Assembly: GCA_963772835.1 (NCBI GenBank)
Contig: CAVYYZ010000003.1
Location: 96,001 to 160,000 of the forward strand
Reading direction: 5' to 3'
Length of the DNA: 64,000 nt
Source of the DNA: an uncultured delta proteobacterium
Lineage (GTDB): Bacteria > Desulfobacterota > Desulfuromonadia > Geobacterales > Pseudopelobacteraceae
The notes beneath the pieces are model-generated. The model ran no database searches, was not told the origin of the DNA, and saw only the letters and a program-made list of their open reading frames with translations. Of this stretch, positions 18,845 to 27,985 are shown piece after piece; the first letter of the stretch is position 1; every line of letters starts with the position of its first letter. Made by a program: the position numbers and the translations under genes.

Positions 18845-19573
18845 ATGTTTAAAAAAAGTACTTGGGGAAAGCTCATTATCGTGCTGGCTCTTGTGGTAGC
18901 AGCTACAGGCCTGGCTTTTGCCACGGCCGGACATGATCCGGACGTAACGCCGGATGAAGCATTGCAAAGACTGGTTGATGGAAACAAGAGGTATGTAGAA
19001 AACCAGATGACAGGTGGTAAACTATGCGATGTAACAACCCGAACGAGTCTGGCAAAATCTCAGAAGCCGTATGCTATTATTCTGACCTGTTCAGATTCAC
19101 GCGTTCCTCCGGAAATTATTTTTGACAAGGGCCTTGGTGAGATCTTTGTAATCCGTGTTGCAGGCAATATCCCGGATCCGGTTGTTCTGGGAAGTGTTGA
19201 ATACGCGGCAGAGCACCTTGGATCTCCGCTGATCATGGTACTTGGTCATGAGCGATGCGGGGCAGTGGCAGCGACTGTAGGAGCTAAAGGGAAGAGCACC
19301 GGCAGTGCCAACATTGATGCCATTGTCAAAGTAATTGCTCCAAATGTCAAAACTGCGGCGAAGAATTGTGACGCCTGCAAAGGTGAAGTGAACTGCGCCG
19401 ATACCAGGAAAGACGCATTTTTGGAGTGTGTTGTCGACGCTAACGCCAAAACTGTTGCTGCAGGTCTGACAAAGAAATCAAACATACTCAAGCATCTTGT
19501 AGATGCACAAAAACTGAAAATTGTTGCTGCGAAGTACGATCTGGATGACGGGGTTGTTGCGTTGTTCAAATAA
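18845..19573 (+). CDS. Beta-class carbonic anhydrase with signal peptide
   Basis: CSDSRV, RVAGN and GHERCGAV zinc-ligand motifs; N-terminal signal peptide. Confidence 0.93.
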   Translation: MFKKSTWGKLIIVLALVVAATGLAFATAGHDPDVTPDEALQRLVDGNKRYVENQMTGGKLCDVTTRTSLAKSQKPYAIILTCSDSRVPPEIIFDKGLGEIFVIRVAGNIPDPVVLGSVEYAAEHLGSPLIMVLGHERCGAVAATVGAKGKSTGSANIDAIVKVIAPNVKTAAKNCDACKGEVNCADTRKDAFLECVVDANAKTVAAGLTKKSNILKHLVDAQKLKIVAAKYDLDDGVVALFK

Positions 19574-19601
19574 ACGTTGCATTTGAAGTGTATGCCCGAA
19601 T

Positions 19602-19638
19602 AAAAACAGCCGGCACTGTTGAGGTGCCGGCTGTTTTT
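19602..19638. terminator. Bidirectional intrinsic terminator
   Basis: AAAAACAGCCGGCAC / GTGCCGGCTGTTTTT between convergent genes. Confidence 0.85.
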
Positions 19639-19662
19639 GTTCGTTGCGGTATAAAAATTTGT

Positions 19663-19869
19663 TTATCCGCCAAGATATTTGGTTAACTCCTCTGCAAGAG
19701 TTGTTGGATGCATGAAACGGGCAGGTATTTTGTCATCACCGAGAAAATCCTTTGACCATGCCTGCCGCTTTGTCCAGGCCATTAATTTTTCCCAGCCGGC
19801 CCAGGTCGAAAAATCAACCCCTTGAATGTTAGTTATCTGCTCCAGGAAAGTTTGTTCATATCCCGCCAT
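19663..19869 (-). CDS. Small hypothetical protein (68 aa)
   Basis: GGAG RBS before MAGYEQTF...; the ORF ends just before a bidirectional terminator. Confidence 0.6.
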   Translation of the reverse strand: MAGYEQTFLEQITNIQGVDFSTWAGWEKLMAWTKRQAWSKDFLGDDKIPARFMHPTTLAEELTKYLGG

Positions 19870-20063
19870 AATTTCTCCATTAGTCGAAAGCCGGCCAGCA
19901 GTGTGAATGTTTTGTAATGCTAGCATCTAAGAGAAAAAAATACAATAAAAGTGTCTTGTCTGATTGCCCGTCCCGATATCGGTTTAAATTCTAACTATTA
20001 TAGATGAATATACCCTCGAGGTCTGTTGCCGCCTAAACTTTTCGAGCATTCTGGTGTGAGATG

Positions 20064-21167
20064 TCATCCTCGTTGATATTCCGATAAAAATTTTGCTTTA
20101 TACTCGGTAAACCGCCCCTCACCAATTGCATGACGGATTTCTGACATCATTGCCATATAAAAATGGACATTGTGAATAGCCGACAGAACAGCCGAGAGTA
20201 CTTCGTTGGACACAAAAAGATGATGAAGATAGGCTCTGCTGAAATTTTGACAGGTATAACAACTGCAGCTTGGATCGATGGGAAAAAAGTCACGTTTATA
20301 GTTTTTATTGGTCAAACGGATTCTACCGCGACGGGTAAAAAGAGTGGCGCTTCTGGCGTATCGGGTCGGAATGACGCAGTCAAACATATCGATGCCGCGC
20401 TCGACGCTTTCAAGAATGTCCTCAGGCAGACCGACGCCCATCAGATATCGGGGTTTGTCTTCAGGCAGGTGCGGTGTGGTAAATCCGACAATTTTTTTTA
20501 AGAGCTCAAGCCCTTCGCCGACGCTGACACCTCCAATGGCATAGCCCGGGAGATCAAGCTTACGCATTTCTTTCGCACACATTTCCCGCAAATCTTCATA
20601 CACACTGCCTTGAACGATGCCGAACAGCGCCTGACCGTTGTCAGACATTGCGTTCTGGCACTCTTTCAACCAGCGTATGGTTTTTCTGGTTGATTTTTCG
20701 GCGTAGGATCTGTCGCAGGGGTAGGGGATGCATTCGTCAAAAGCCATGATGATATCGGCTCCAAGATCCTGCTGTATGCGGGTCGCGATAGCAGGATCAA
20801 GATATATTTCTGTCCCGGTGATTTCATGTTTGAAGAAGACGCCATCTTCGGTGATACGTTTGTTGGGAAGGGAAAAAACCTGAAACCCTCCGGAATCTGT
20901 CAGGATTGGTTTGTCCCACGCCATGAATTTGTGCAGGCCGCCGGCTTTTTTTACTAGCCCCTCTCCCGGTTGTAGATGCAGATGATAGGTATTTGAAAGG
21001 ATGATTTGGGAACCGGTCTCCTTAATTTGTGCGGGAGTAAGCGGTTTCATGGCTCCGTGGGTTGCAACCGGCATGAAAATCGGAGTTTGAATGTCGCCGT
21101 GCGCAGTACTTACTATTCCGAGGCGGGCTGAACATTGTGGGTCTTTTTTAAGAAGAGTGAATTTCAT
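20064..21167 (-). CDS. tgt: tRNA-guanine(34) transglycosylase
   Basis: NTYHL, TDSGGFQVFS, DECIPY, GIVQG, KPRYLMGVG, DMFDCV and the C-x-C-x2-C Zn site. Confidence 0.93.
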   Translation of the reverse strand: MKFTLLKKDPQCSARLGIVSTAHGDIQTPIFMPVATHGAMKPLTPAQIKETGSQIILSNTYHLHLQPGEGLVKKAGGLHKFMAWDKPILTDSGGFQVFSLPNKRITEDGVFFKHEITGTEIYLDPAIATRIQQDLGADIIMAFDECIPYPCDRSYAEKSTRKTIRWLKECQNAMSDNGQALFGIVQGSVYEDLREMCAKEMRKLDLPGYAIGGVSVGEGLELLKKIVGFTTPHLPEDKPRYLMGVGLPEDILESVERGIDMFDCVIPTRYARSATLFTRRGRIRLTNKNYKRDFFPIDPSCSCYTCQNFSRAYLHHLFVSNEVLSAVLSAIHNVHFYMAMMSEIRHAIGEGRFTEYKAKFLSEYQRG

Positions 21168-21294
21168 GAAATCTCCAAAACTCGGGTCCATGCAATCTGG
21201 CAGGAGTTTATTCTCTGTCATCTACTATCAGAAAGGGATGAATAATGCAATTTGTGAGTGATTGATAACGGCTGGTACCGTATAATTTGCGATC

Positions 21295-21302
21295 TGTATA
21301 CA
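21295..21302. promoter_or_regulatory. TGTATACA palindrome upstream of frdCAB
   Basis: Same 8-bp palindrome as at acnB, just downstream of a TATAAT at 21281-21286. Confidence 0.45.
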
Positions 21303-21555
21303 CAAAATGGTTGCAATTTTTCATAACGATGTTTAGTATCACCGCGGTTGAAACAAATGGTTCTGATATCAGTGCGCCAACAACTTTGAACGACGCATCA
21401 AGATAAACTCCCAAGGAGGTTTACTAATGAAAGTTGTCTCCAGATTTTGTTGGCGTGGTCCCCCCGATTTCTAATAAAACACTCTTCAAGATAACCTGTC
21501 GTGCCAAAGAACATTCACTTTGTGAAGAAATTACTATCAAAAAGGAAGGAATGCC

Positions 21556-22245
21556 ATGCAACTCACCTCGTCATCCATCGGCAGAAAGATCCTGATGGCG
21601 ATCACAGGCCAGGCTATGGTTCTGTTCGCTGTCGTACATCTGCTCGGTAACAGCTCCATCTTCGGGTGGCTCAACGGTGGTATCAACGCCTATGCCGAAC
21701 ATCTCCACAGTATGCCACTGCCGATAATCATCGGTTTCCGTTTGGCACTGCTGGCCATGGTCTGTGTTCACATCTGGTTTGGTATCCAGTTGACCATTGA
21801 AAACCGTGGCGGTCGCCCACAACAGTACGCGGTCAAGTCAACTCAGAAGGCAACCTTTGCCAGCGAAAATATGATCTGGACCGGAGCTCTTCTGGCACTT
21901 TTCCTGGCATATCACCTGGCGCACTTCACGTTCCAGGTTATAAATCCTGAAACTGCCGCCTTGAAGAATCTTGTGCCGTTGCACAATGAGATGGTACCCA
22001 ATGTCTTGGGAATGGTTGTTGCCGGCTTCAAAAATGTCTTTGTGTCATTCATTTATGCCGGCGCGATGGTTGCCCTGTTTCTGCACCTTTCACACGGCAT
22101 CCAGAGTTTTTTCCAGACCATGGGCTGGAGTTGTGACAAGAGTCAGCCGCTTCTTATTAAATTCGGCACTCTGGTCGCTCTCGGTCTTTTCCTGGGCTAT
22201 GTTACTATCCCGCTGACAATTTTTGCCGGCATTTTGAAAGGTTAA
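21556..22245 (+). CDS. frdC: Succinate dehydrogenase/fumarate reductase cytochrome b subunit
   Basis: [13 protein letters not shown], heme-ligand His residues in five TM helices, and position in the operon. Confidence 0.92.
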   Translation: MQLTSSSIGRKILMAITGQAMVLFAVVHLLGNSSIFGWLNGGINAYAEHLHSMPLPIIIGFRLALLAMVCVHIWFGIQLTIENRGGRPQQYAVKSTQKATFASENMIWTGALLALFLAYHLAHFTFQVINPETAALKNLVPLHNEMVPNVLGMVVAGFKNVFVSFIYAGAMVALFLHLSHGIQSFFQTMGWSCDKSQPLLIKFGTLVALGLFLGYVTIPLTIFAGILKG

Positions 22246-22255
22246 GGGGGTTATT

Positions 22256-24169
22256 GTGATACTTGATGGAAAATGTCCAACCGGACCTATTGAACAAACC
22301 TGGGACAAGCACCGCTTCGACCTGAAGCTGGTCAATCCCGCAAATAAACGTAAGTATAATGTGATTGTTGTCGGCACCGGCCTGGCCGGGGGCGCTGCTG
22401 CTGCTTCTCTTGGAGAGCTTGGTTACAACGTACAGGCATTCTGCTATCAGGACAGTCCTCGCCGAGCTCACTCCATCGCTGCTCAGGGCGGCATCAATGC
22501 TGCCAAAAATTATCCGAACGACGGTGATTCCATCTATCGCCTGTTCTACGACACTATCAAAGGGGGCGACTTCCGTGCCCGTGAGGCAGACGTCTGGCGT
22601 CTTGCGCAGGTGTCCAACAATATTATCGATCAGTGCGTGGCACAGGGCGTTCCTTTTGCTCGCGACTATGCAGGCTACCTTGATAACCGCTCTTTCGGCG
22701 GTGCCCAGGTTTCCCGTACGTTCTTCGCACGTGGTCAGACAGGACAGCAGCTTCTGCTGGGCGCGTACTCCGCTCTTTCCCGTCAGATCAAGGCCGGTAC
22801 GGTAAAAATGTACGACCGTCGCGAAATGCTCGACCTGGTTGTTGTTGATGGTGTCGCCCGCGGCATCACGGTGCGCAACCTGGTGACCGGCGCAATGGAA
22901 AGCTATGCGGCTGATGCTGTATGTCTGGCTACCGGCGGGTACGTCAATGTATTTTATCTCTCCACGAATGCCATGGGCTGCTCGGTTACTGCAAACTGGA
23001 AGGCCCACAAAAAGGGGGCTTACTTCGCCAACCCCTGCTACACACAGATTCATCCGACCTGCATACCTCAGGCCGGTGACTACCAGTCCAAACTGACTCT
23101 GATGTCCGAATCGCTCAGAAACGATGGACGGGTATGGGTTCCAAAAAAGAAAGAAGATTGCGGCAAACATCCGAATGAGATCGCTGAAGACGACCGTGAT
23201 TACTACCTCGAGCGCAAATACCCCTCCTACGGCAACCTGGCACCGCGCGATATCGCTTCACGTGCGGCAAAAGAGCAATGCGATGATGGTCGTGGCGTTG
23301 GTCCTGGCGGTCGCGGAGTATATCTTGATTTTGCCGATTCGATTAAACGTCTCGGGGAAGATACCATTCGTGAACGTTACGGCAACCTGTTCGAAATGTA
23401 TGAGAAGATTACCGACGAGAACGGCTACAAACGTCCGATGCGCATGTATCCTGCACCGCACTACTCAATGGGCGGTCTCTGGGTGGATTACAACCTGATG
23501 AGCAATATTCCCGGCCTGTTCGTGCTTGGTGAGGCAAACTTTTCGGTACACGGCGCTAACCGTCTGGGTGCTTCGGCTCTCATGCAGGGATTGGCCGACG
23601 GCTACTTCGTTATCCCCTACACGATCGGCGGCTATCTGGCCACTGTTAAGCCTGGTCAGGTCAAAACAGACCATGCTGAATTCAAAAAGTCCTCCGATGA
23701 TGTTACAGCGGAGCAGAACAAGTTCCTCTCCATCAACGGTAAAAAGACCGTCTTTGAGTTCATGCGCGAAGTCGGCGGCCTGATGTGGGAAAACTGTGGT
23801 ATGGCCCGCACCAAGGAATCTCTTGAAACAAACCTCAAGAAGATTCCTGCACTGCGCGAAGAATTCTGGAAAAATGTTAAAGTTACCGGAAGTGGTGCAG
23901 AACTCAACCAGCAGTTGGAAAATGCCGGCCGGACTGCCGACTTCCTGGAGTTCAGCGAACTGCTTTGTCGTGACGCACTGCATCGTAACGAGTCCTGTGG
24001 CGGGCATTTCCGTTCAGAATATCAGGATGCGGGCGAGGCACAGCGTGATGATGTTAACTTCTGCTACGTTGGCGCCTGGGAGTACAAGGGGGCCGGCAAG
24101 GAACCGGAGCTGCATAAAGAACCGTTGAAATTTGACAATGTACATCTCGCCGTAAGGAGTTACAAATAA
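22256..24169 (+). CDS. frdA: Succinate dehydrogenase/fumarate reductase flavoprotein
   Basis: GTGLAG FAD motif, [16 protein letters not shown] and HGANRLG. Confidence 0.97.
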   Translation: MILDGKCPTGPIEQTWDKHRFDLKLVNPANKRKYNVIVVGTGLAGGAAAASLGELGYNVQAFCYQDSPRRAHSIAAQGGINAAKNYPNDGDSIYRLFYDTIKGGDFRAREADVWRLAQVSNNIIDQCVAQGVPFARDYAGYLDNRSFGGAQVSRTFFARGQTGQQLLLGAYSALSRQIKAGTVKMYDRREMLDLVVVDGVARGITVRNLVTGAMESYAADAVCLATGGYVNVFYLSTNAMGCSVTANWKAHKKGAYFANPCYTQIHPTCIPQAGDYQSKLTLMSESLRNDGRVWVPKKKEDCGKHPNEIAEDDRDYYLERKYPSYGNLAPRDIASRAAKEQCDDGRGVGPGGRGVYLDFADSIKRLGEDTIRERYGNLFEMYEKITDENGYKRPMRMYPAPHYSMGGLWVDYNLMSNIPGLFVLGEANFSVHGANRLGASALMQGLADGYFVIPYTIGGYLATVKPGQVKTDHAEFKKSSDDVTAEQNKFLSINGKKTVFEFMREVGGLMWENCGMARTKESLETNLKKIPALREEFWKNVKVTGSGAELNQQLENAGRTADFLEFSELLCRDALHRNESCGGHFRSEYQDAGEAQRDDVNFCYVGAWEYKGAGKEPELHKEPLKFDNVHLAVRSYK

Positions 24170-24927
24170 TGAGCGATCACAAGACCATGACATTGACACT
24201 GATCGTGTGGCGCCAGAAAAAAGCCAACGATCCCGGAAAATTCGAGACATATACAGCAAAAAATATCACTGAACACCACTCCTTCCTGGAGATGCTTGAC
24301 TGCGTCAACGAAGATCTGATCCACACCGGTAAAGATCCTATCGTTTTCGATCACGACTGTCGTGAAGGCATCTGTGGTATGTGTTCACAGGTGATCAACG
24401 GAGCACCGCATGGAGGGCAGGATCGCACGACCGTCTGCCAGCTGCATATGCGTAAGTTCAAAGATGGTGATACAATTTATATCGAGCCGTGGAGAGCCCG
24501 TGCATTCCCGATCATTCGTGACCTGATCGTAGACCGTTCAGCTCTCGACAAGATCATCCAGGCTGGCGGATACACCTCATGCCATACCGGCGGTGTAGCT
24601 GACGGCAACGCAATTCTGATTCCTAAGCCGGTTGCTGATGAGGCAATGGATGCCGCAGAATGTGTCGGTTGCGGCGCCTGTGTTGCCGGCTGCCCCAACG
24701 GGGCGGCCATGCTGTTCACCGGAGCCAAAATATCCCAGTTGGCCCTGCTGCCGCAGGGTAAGGGTGAAGCGGCTGCGCGTGTCAAGAACATGTCAGAGGC
24801 CATGACGGAATGCGGATTTGGTAACTGCACCAACCATTATGAGTGTATGGCCGCTTGTCCGAAGGGAATAAACGTCAAGTTCATTGCCAGAATGAACCGG
24901 GAATTTATTAAATCATTGGTCGCCTGA
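24169..24927 (+). CDS. frdB: Succinate dehydrogenase/fumarate reductase iron-sulfur subunit
   Basis: [21 protein letters not shown] and [12 protein letters not shown] cluster motifs. Confidence 0.97.
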   Translation: MSDHKTMTLTLIVWRQKKANDPGKFETYTAKNITEHHSFLEMLDCVNEDLIHTGKDPIVFDHDCREGICGMCSQVINGAPHGGQDRTTVCQLHMRKFKDGDTIYIEPWRARAFPIIRDLIVDRSALDKIIQAGGYTSCHTGGVADGNAILIPKPVADEAMDAAECVGCGACVAGCPNGAAMLFTGAKISQLALLPQGKGEAAARVKNMSEAMTECGFGNCTNHYECMAACPKGINVKFIARMNREFIKSLVA

Positions 24928-24954
24928 TTTTCACTACGTACCAGTATTACCTGT

Positions 24955-24987
24955 CGGGGCGGCCTTTATGGCTGCCCCGCTTTTTTT
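24955..24987 (+). terminator. Intrinsic terminator of frdCAB
   Basis: CGGGGCGGCC-TTTAT-GGCTGCCCCG followed by C and T7. Confidence 0.85.
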
Positions 24988-25001
24988 GGAGTTGAAATCC
25001 T

Positions 25002-25910
25002 GTGGGATTAGACTTTATACGCATTGAATGTGATATTACTGCAGGCACTCCTGCTCCATTAACTTCTGCACTTTACAATTCGCTGAGAAGTTTTGAAGCT
25101 GCGTTCAGGGAGCTCTGCTGCCCGGATCTGCAGAAGCCCTGTGCCAACTGCCCTCTGAAGGGCGAGTGCTCTTACCGGGCTGTTTTTAATAAAACGCTGT
25201 CGTCAGACCCTGAAGTTGTACGGTTACATCAAAAACCTTCTTTGCCTTTTTCTTTATATATAAGCGGGATAGAAGACAATGTATCAACATGTACTATAGG
25301 TCTGACCGTTATTGGGCATGCAATTAATTATATTGGATTGTTTCATGACGCGTTGTTAGGTATTGTTGAGGCAGGTGTGTCTACTGTTCTGCCACCATCT
25401 GAATTTTCACTGCGTTCATTTACTCTCGATTATCAAAACGTCAGGTACGAAATTATACATGCCGGATCACTTTCAGAGAGTTTAATTCTCCTTTCTGGAC
25501 AGCATATCCTTCAGAATACAGTGCATTCTGATCATGCCGGATTGATATTTACATCGCCATTACGTCTGTTGCGTAACGGATCAATTACTCATCAATTTGA
25601 CTTTGGCATTTTTTTCCGCAGTCAATTACGACGTTGTTCTTCATTATTTGCTTATTATGGTACCAATGACCTGGATCTTGATTATTTACATCTGTCGGAA
25701 TCGGCCCAAAACGTTGCTGTTTTTGATGACAAAATAAACTATACTCAGCCGAAATGGTCTAAGAGTCAGAGCCGGGCTGGCTTGTCCGGTTCAGTTGGAT
25801 GTACCGGCCTGGTCGAACCGATGCTTTCTTTGTTGATTCTCGGCAGTTATTTTAACGCCGGCAAGGGATCAGCATATGGGTCAGGCGTTCATAAAATCGA
25901 GGTAATATAA
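25002..25910 (+). CDS. cas6: Cas6-like RAMP endoribonuclease (DUF2276 type), orphan
   Basis: N-terminal CC-x6-C-x2-C-x5-C-x-Y-x3-F cluster, P-x-PF, FTSPLRL and a C-terminal G-rich loop AGKGSAYGSG. Confidence 0.75.
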   Translation: MGLDFIRIECDITAGTPAPLTSALYNSLRSFEAAFRELCCPDLQKPCANCPLKGECSYRAVFNKTLSSDPEVVRLHQKPSLPFSLYISGIEDNVSTCTIGLTVIGHAINYIGLFHDALLGIVEAGVSTVLPPSEFSLRSFTLDYQNVRYEIIHAGSLSESLILLSGQHILQNTVHSDHAGLIFTSPLRLLRNGSITHQFDFGIFFRSQLRRCSSLFAYYGTNDLDLDYLHLSESAQNVAVFDDKINYTQPKWSKSQSRAGLSGSVGCTGLVEPMLSLLILGSYFNAGKGSAYGSGVHKIEVI

Positions 25911-25912
25911 CG

Positions 25913-26641
25913 ATGGTGGATGGAATTGCTTTACGAATAACTCAGTGTATAAAACCGATTTTTGGAGTGCTTTTGCTGTTGTCACTGGCCACTTTTATGT
26001 TCGGATGTCAGTCGCTGCGCCAACCTGTCGAGATATTGTTTACAAGCGGTGCGGTTGTTGAAGGATTTTCCAGCAATGCTTCATTTTCTTATGTTACATT
26101 TGATCGGAGCATCTCCGGAAGCGGTGTTCTCATGTATCGAAAACCGGATATGATTCGGGCGGTCATTCTTTCACCGTTCGGCTCTGTACTTCAAGAGGTC
26201 TATCTTTCCGGCGATCAGGTTGCGATTATTGATGAAGGTAATGGAACAGCTTTCAGAGGCAGTTACCTTGATCTGCCTGATAAAGGCCATTTAAGCGGAT
26301 GGCGTTATGTGCAATGGCTTGTTGACATTGATCCACCCCAATCCTCACGTCTAACTGCTGTAGTCGAGAGAACCAACAGGTTCGGTCTTCAGGAAAAAGC
26401 CTCCTTTGAAAACGGTTTGTTACTGTCAAAGACAACTGCAGAAGGCGGTCATGTCAGATACAGCAGATACACCAATGTGAAAGGCGCCGCTTTTCCACTG
26501 GATATTATCTACGAAACCAATGCTAAAGAAACATTCACCATAAAATTTGAAGACCCGGAAATAAATGTTCCTTTTGCTGAAGGTGCTTTTACTCCAAAAC
26601 TTGGTAAGTTTCGTGTTTATCCAATATCGGGCCTGAAGTGA
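25913..26641 (+). CDS. LolA/LolB-fold lipoprotein
   Basis: Lipobox-like MFG-C, SGSGVLMYRKPD-x-IRA-x-ILSPFG, and a C-terminal IN-x6-FTP typical of the LolA fold. Confidence 0.6.
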   Translation: MVDGIALRITQCIKPIFGVLLLLSLATFMFGCQSLRQPVEILFTSGAVVEGFSSNASFSYVTFDRSISGSGVLMYRKPDMIRAVILSPFGSVLQEVYLSGDQVAIIDEGNGTAFRGSYLDLPDKGHLSGWRYVQWLVDIDPPQSSRLTAVVERTNRFGLQEKASFENGLLLSKTTAEGGHVRYSRYTNVKGAAFPLDIIYETNAKETFTIKFEDPEINVPFAEGAFTPKLGKFRVYPISGLK

Positions 26642-26732
26642 TTCCATATCAAAGGTCCGATTGGGAAACAAACGATAAAAGTATGAATAAATACGATGCT
26701 CCCGAAAATAAATTTCACTCCGAAAGGTATTT

Positions 26733-27926
26733 ATGAAGGTAATTATTCTGCTCGGCGATGGTATGTCGGACATCGTCTACAGTGAACTAGATAATAAAAC
26801 CCCCCTGCAGTACGCAGCAACTCCCAATATGGATTTTATGGCACAGCATGGACAGGTTGGCCTTGCACACACGGTTCCCGTCGGTCTCCCCCCCGGTAGC
26901 GACGTGGCAAATCTGTCCGTATTTGGATATGATCCCCGCACCTGCTATACAGGACGATCACCGCTTGAAGCGATCAGCATGGGTGTAGTCCTTGGGCCCG
27001 ATGATGTCGCATTCCGTATGAATCTGGTAACGCTCAAACCCCAGGGGAGTTCGATCTACATGCAGGACTTTTCTGCCGGGCATATCTCCACCGCTGAAGC
27101 CCGTGAGTTGGTAGAAACGCTTCAGAAGGAACTTGGCAGCAAAGAGTTTGAATTCTTCGCCGGTGTCGGCTACCGGCATCTTATGGTCTGGCGCGGCGGC
27201 AAAGACGGTATGCGTTCCACTCCTCCTCACGACATTACCGGAAAGGCGATTCTCGATAACCTCCCACGCGGGGATGGTGCGGAGGTGCTTACCGGTATTA
27301 TGAATCACTCCCAGATGGTTCTTCATAATCATCCTGTAAATATCAGGCGCAAGGAGCAGGGTGATTTGCCGGGCAACTCCGTCTGGCTCTGGGGGCATGG
27401 GAAGTCTCCCCGTATAGAGTCGTACCGGGAAAAATTCGGACTGACCGGAGCGGTTATTTCAGCGGTTGATCTGATTAAGGGCATCGGTATCTGTGCAGGT
27501 CTGGATAACATCGCTGTCGCAGGAGCCACCGGTTATATTGACACCAATTATCTCGGCAAGGGTCAGGCTGCTTTGGCTGCTCTGGAACAGCATGATTTCG
27601 TATATGTTCATGTGGAAGCGCCGGACGAGGCGTCACATGCCGGAAATATGCAGCACAAACTCCAGGCGATTGAGGACTTTGACCGTCAGGTTGTCGGAAC
27701 AGTTCTGGAGGGAATAAAAAAATATGACAACTATGCCATTCTCTGTATGCCTGATCATCCGACACCGGTCCGGTTGATGACCCATACATCGGAGCCGGTT
27801 CCGTTTGTCATTTATCGTGGCGGAGCCGGGGAGGGTAACGGTGCCGCTTCGTATGATGAGATTCAGGCCAAAGGTACCGGATTGATGGTGGAGGGTCACG
27901 ACCTGATGGGTACGCTGCTGTCGTGA
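26733..27926 (+). CDS. apgM: Cofactor-independent phosphoglycerate mutase (ApgM type)
   Basis: GDGM-x-D, TPL-x2-A-x-TP-x-MD, PGSDVAN, HVEAPDEASH and PDHPTP. Confidence 0.93.
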   Translation: MKVIILLGDGMSDIVYSELDNKTPLQYAATPNMDFMAQHGQVGLAHTVPVGLPPGSDVANLSVFGYDPRTCYTGRSPLEAISMGVVLGPDDVAFRMNLVTLKPQGSSIYMQDFSAGHISTAEARELVETLQKELGSKEFEFFAGVGYRHLMVWRGGKDGMRSTPPHDITGKAILDNLPRGDGAEVLTGIMNHSQMVLHNHPVNIRRKEQGDLPGNSVWLWGHGKSPRIESYREKFGLTGAVISAVDLIKGIGICAGLDNIAVAGATGYIDTNYLGKGQAALAALEQHDFVYVHVEAPDEASHAGNMQHKLQAIEDFDRQVVGTVLEGIKKYDNYAILCMPDHPTPVRLMTHTSEPVPFVIYRGGAGEGNGAASYDEIQAKGTGLMVEGHDLMGTLLS

Positions 27927-27942
27927 AATAGTTCATACGTGA

Positions 27943-27984
27943 AACGTGAAGGGCATCCCTGATAATCGGGATGCCCTTCACGTT
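27943..27984. terminator. Perfect 17-bp inverted repeat between convergent genes
   Basis: AACGTGAAGGGCATCCC / GGGATGCCCTTCACGTT. Confidence 0.75.
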
Positions 27985-27985
27985 A

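Noticed and set aside
24928..26732. CRISPR array near the cas6-like gene
   Set aside because: No regularly spaced 23-47 bp repeats were seen here or elsewhere in the window; there is only a terminator hairpin.
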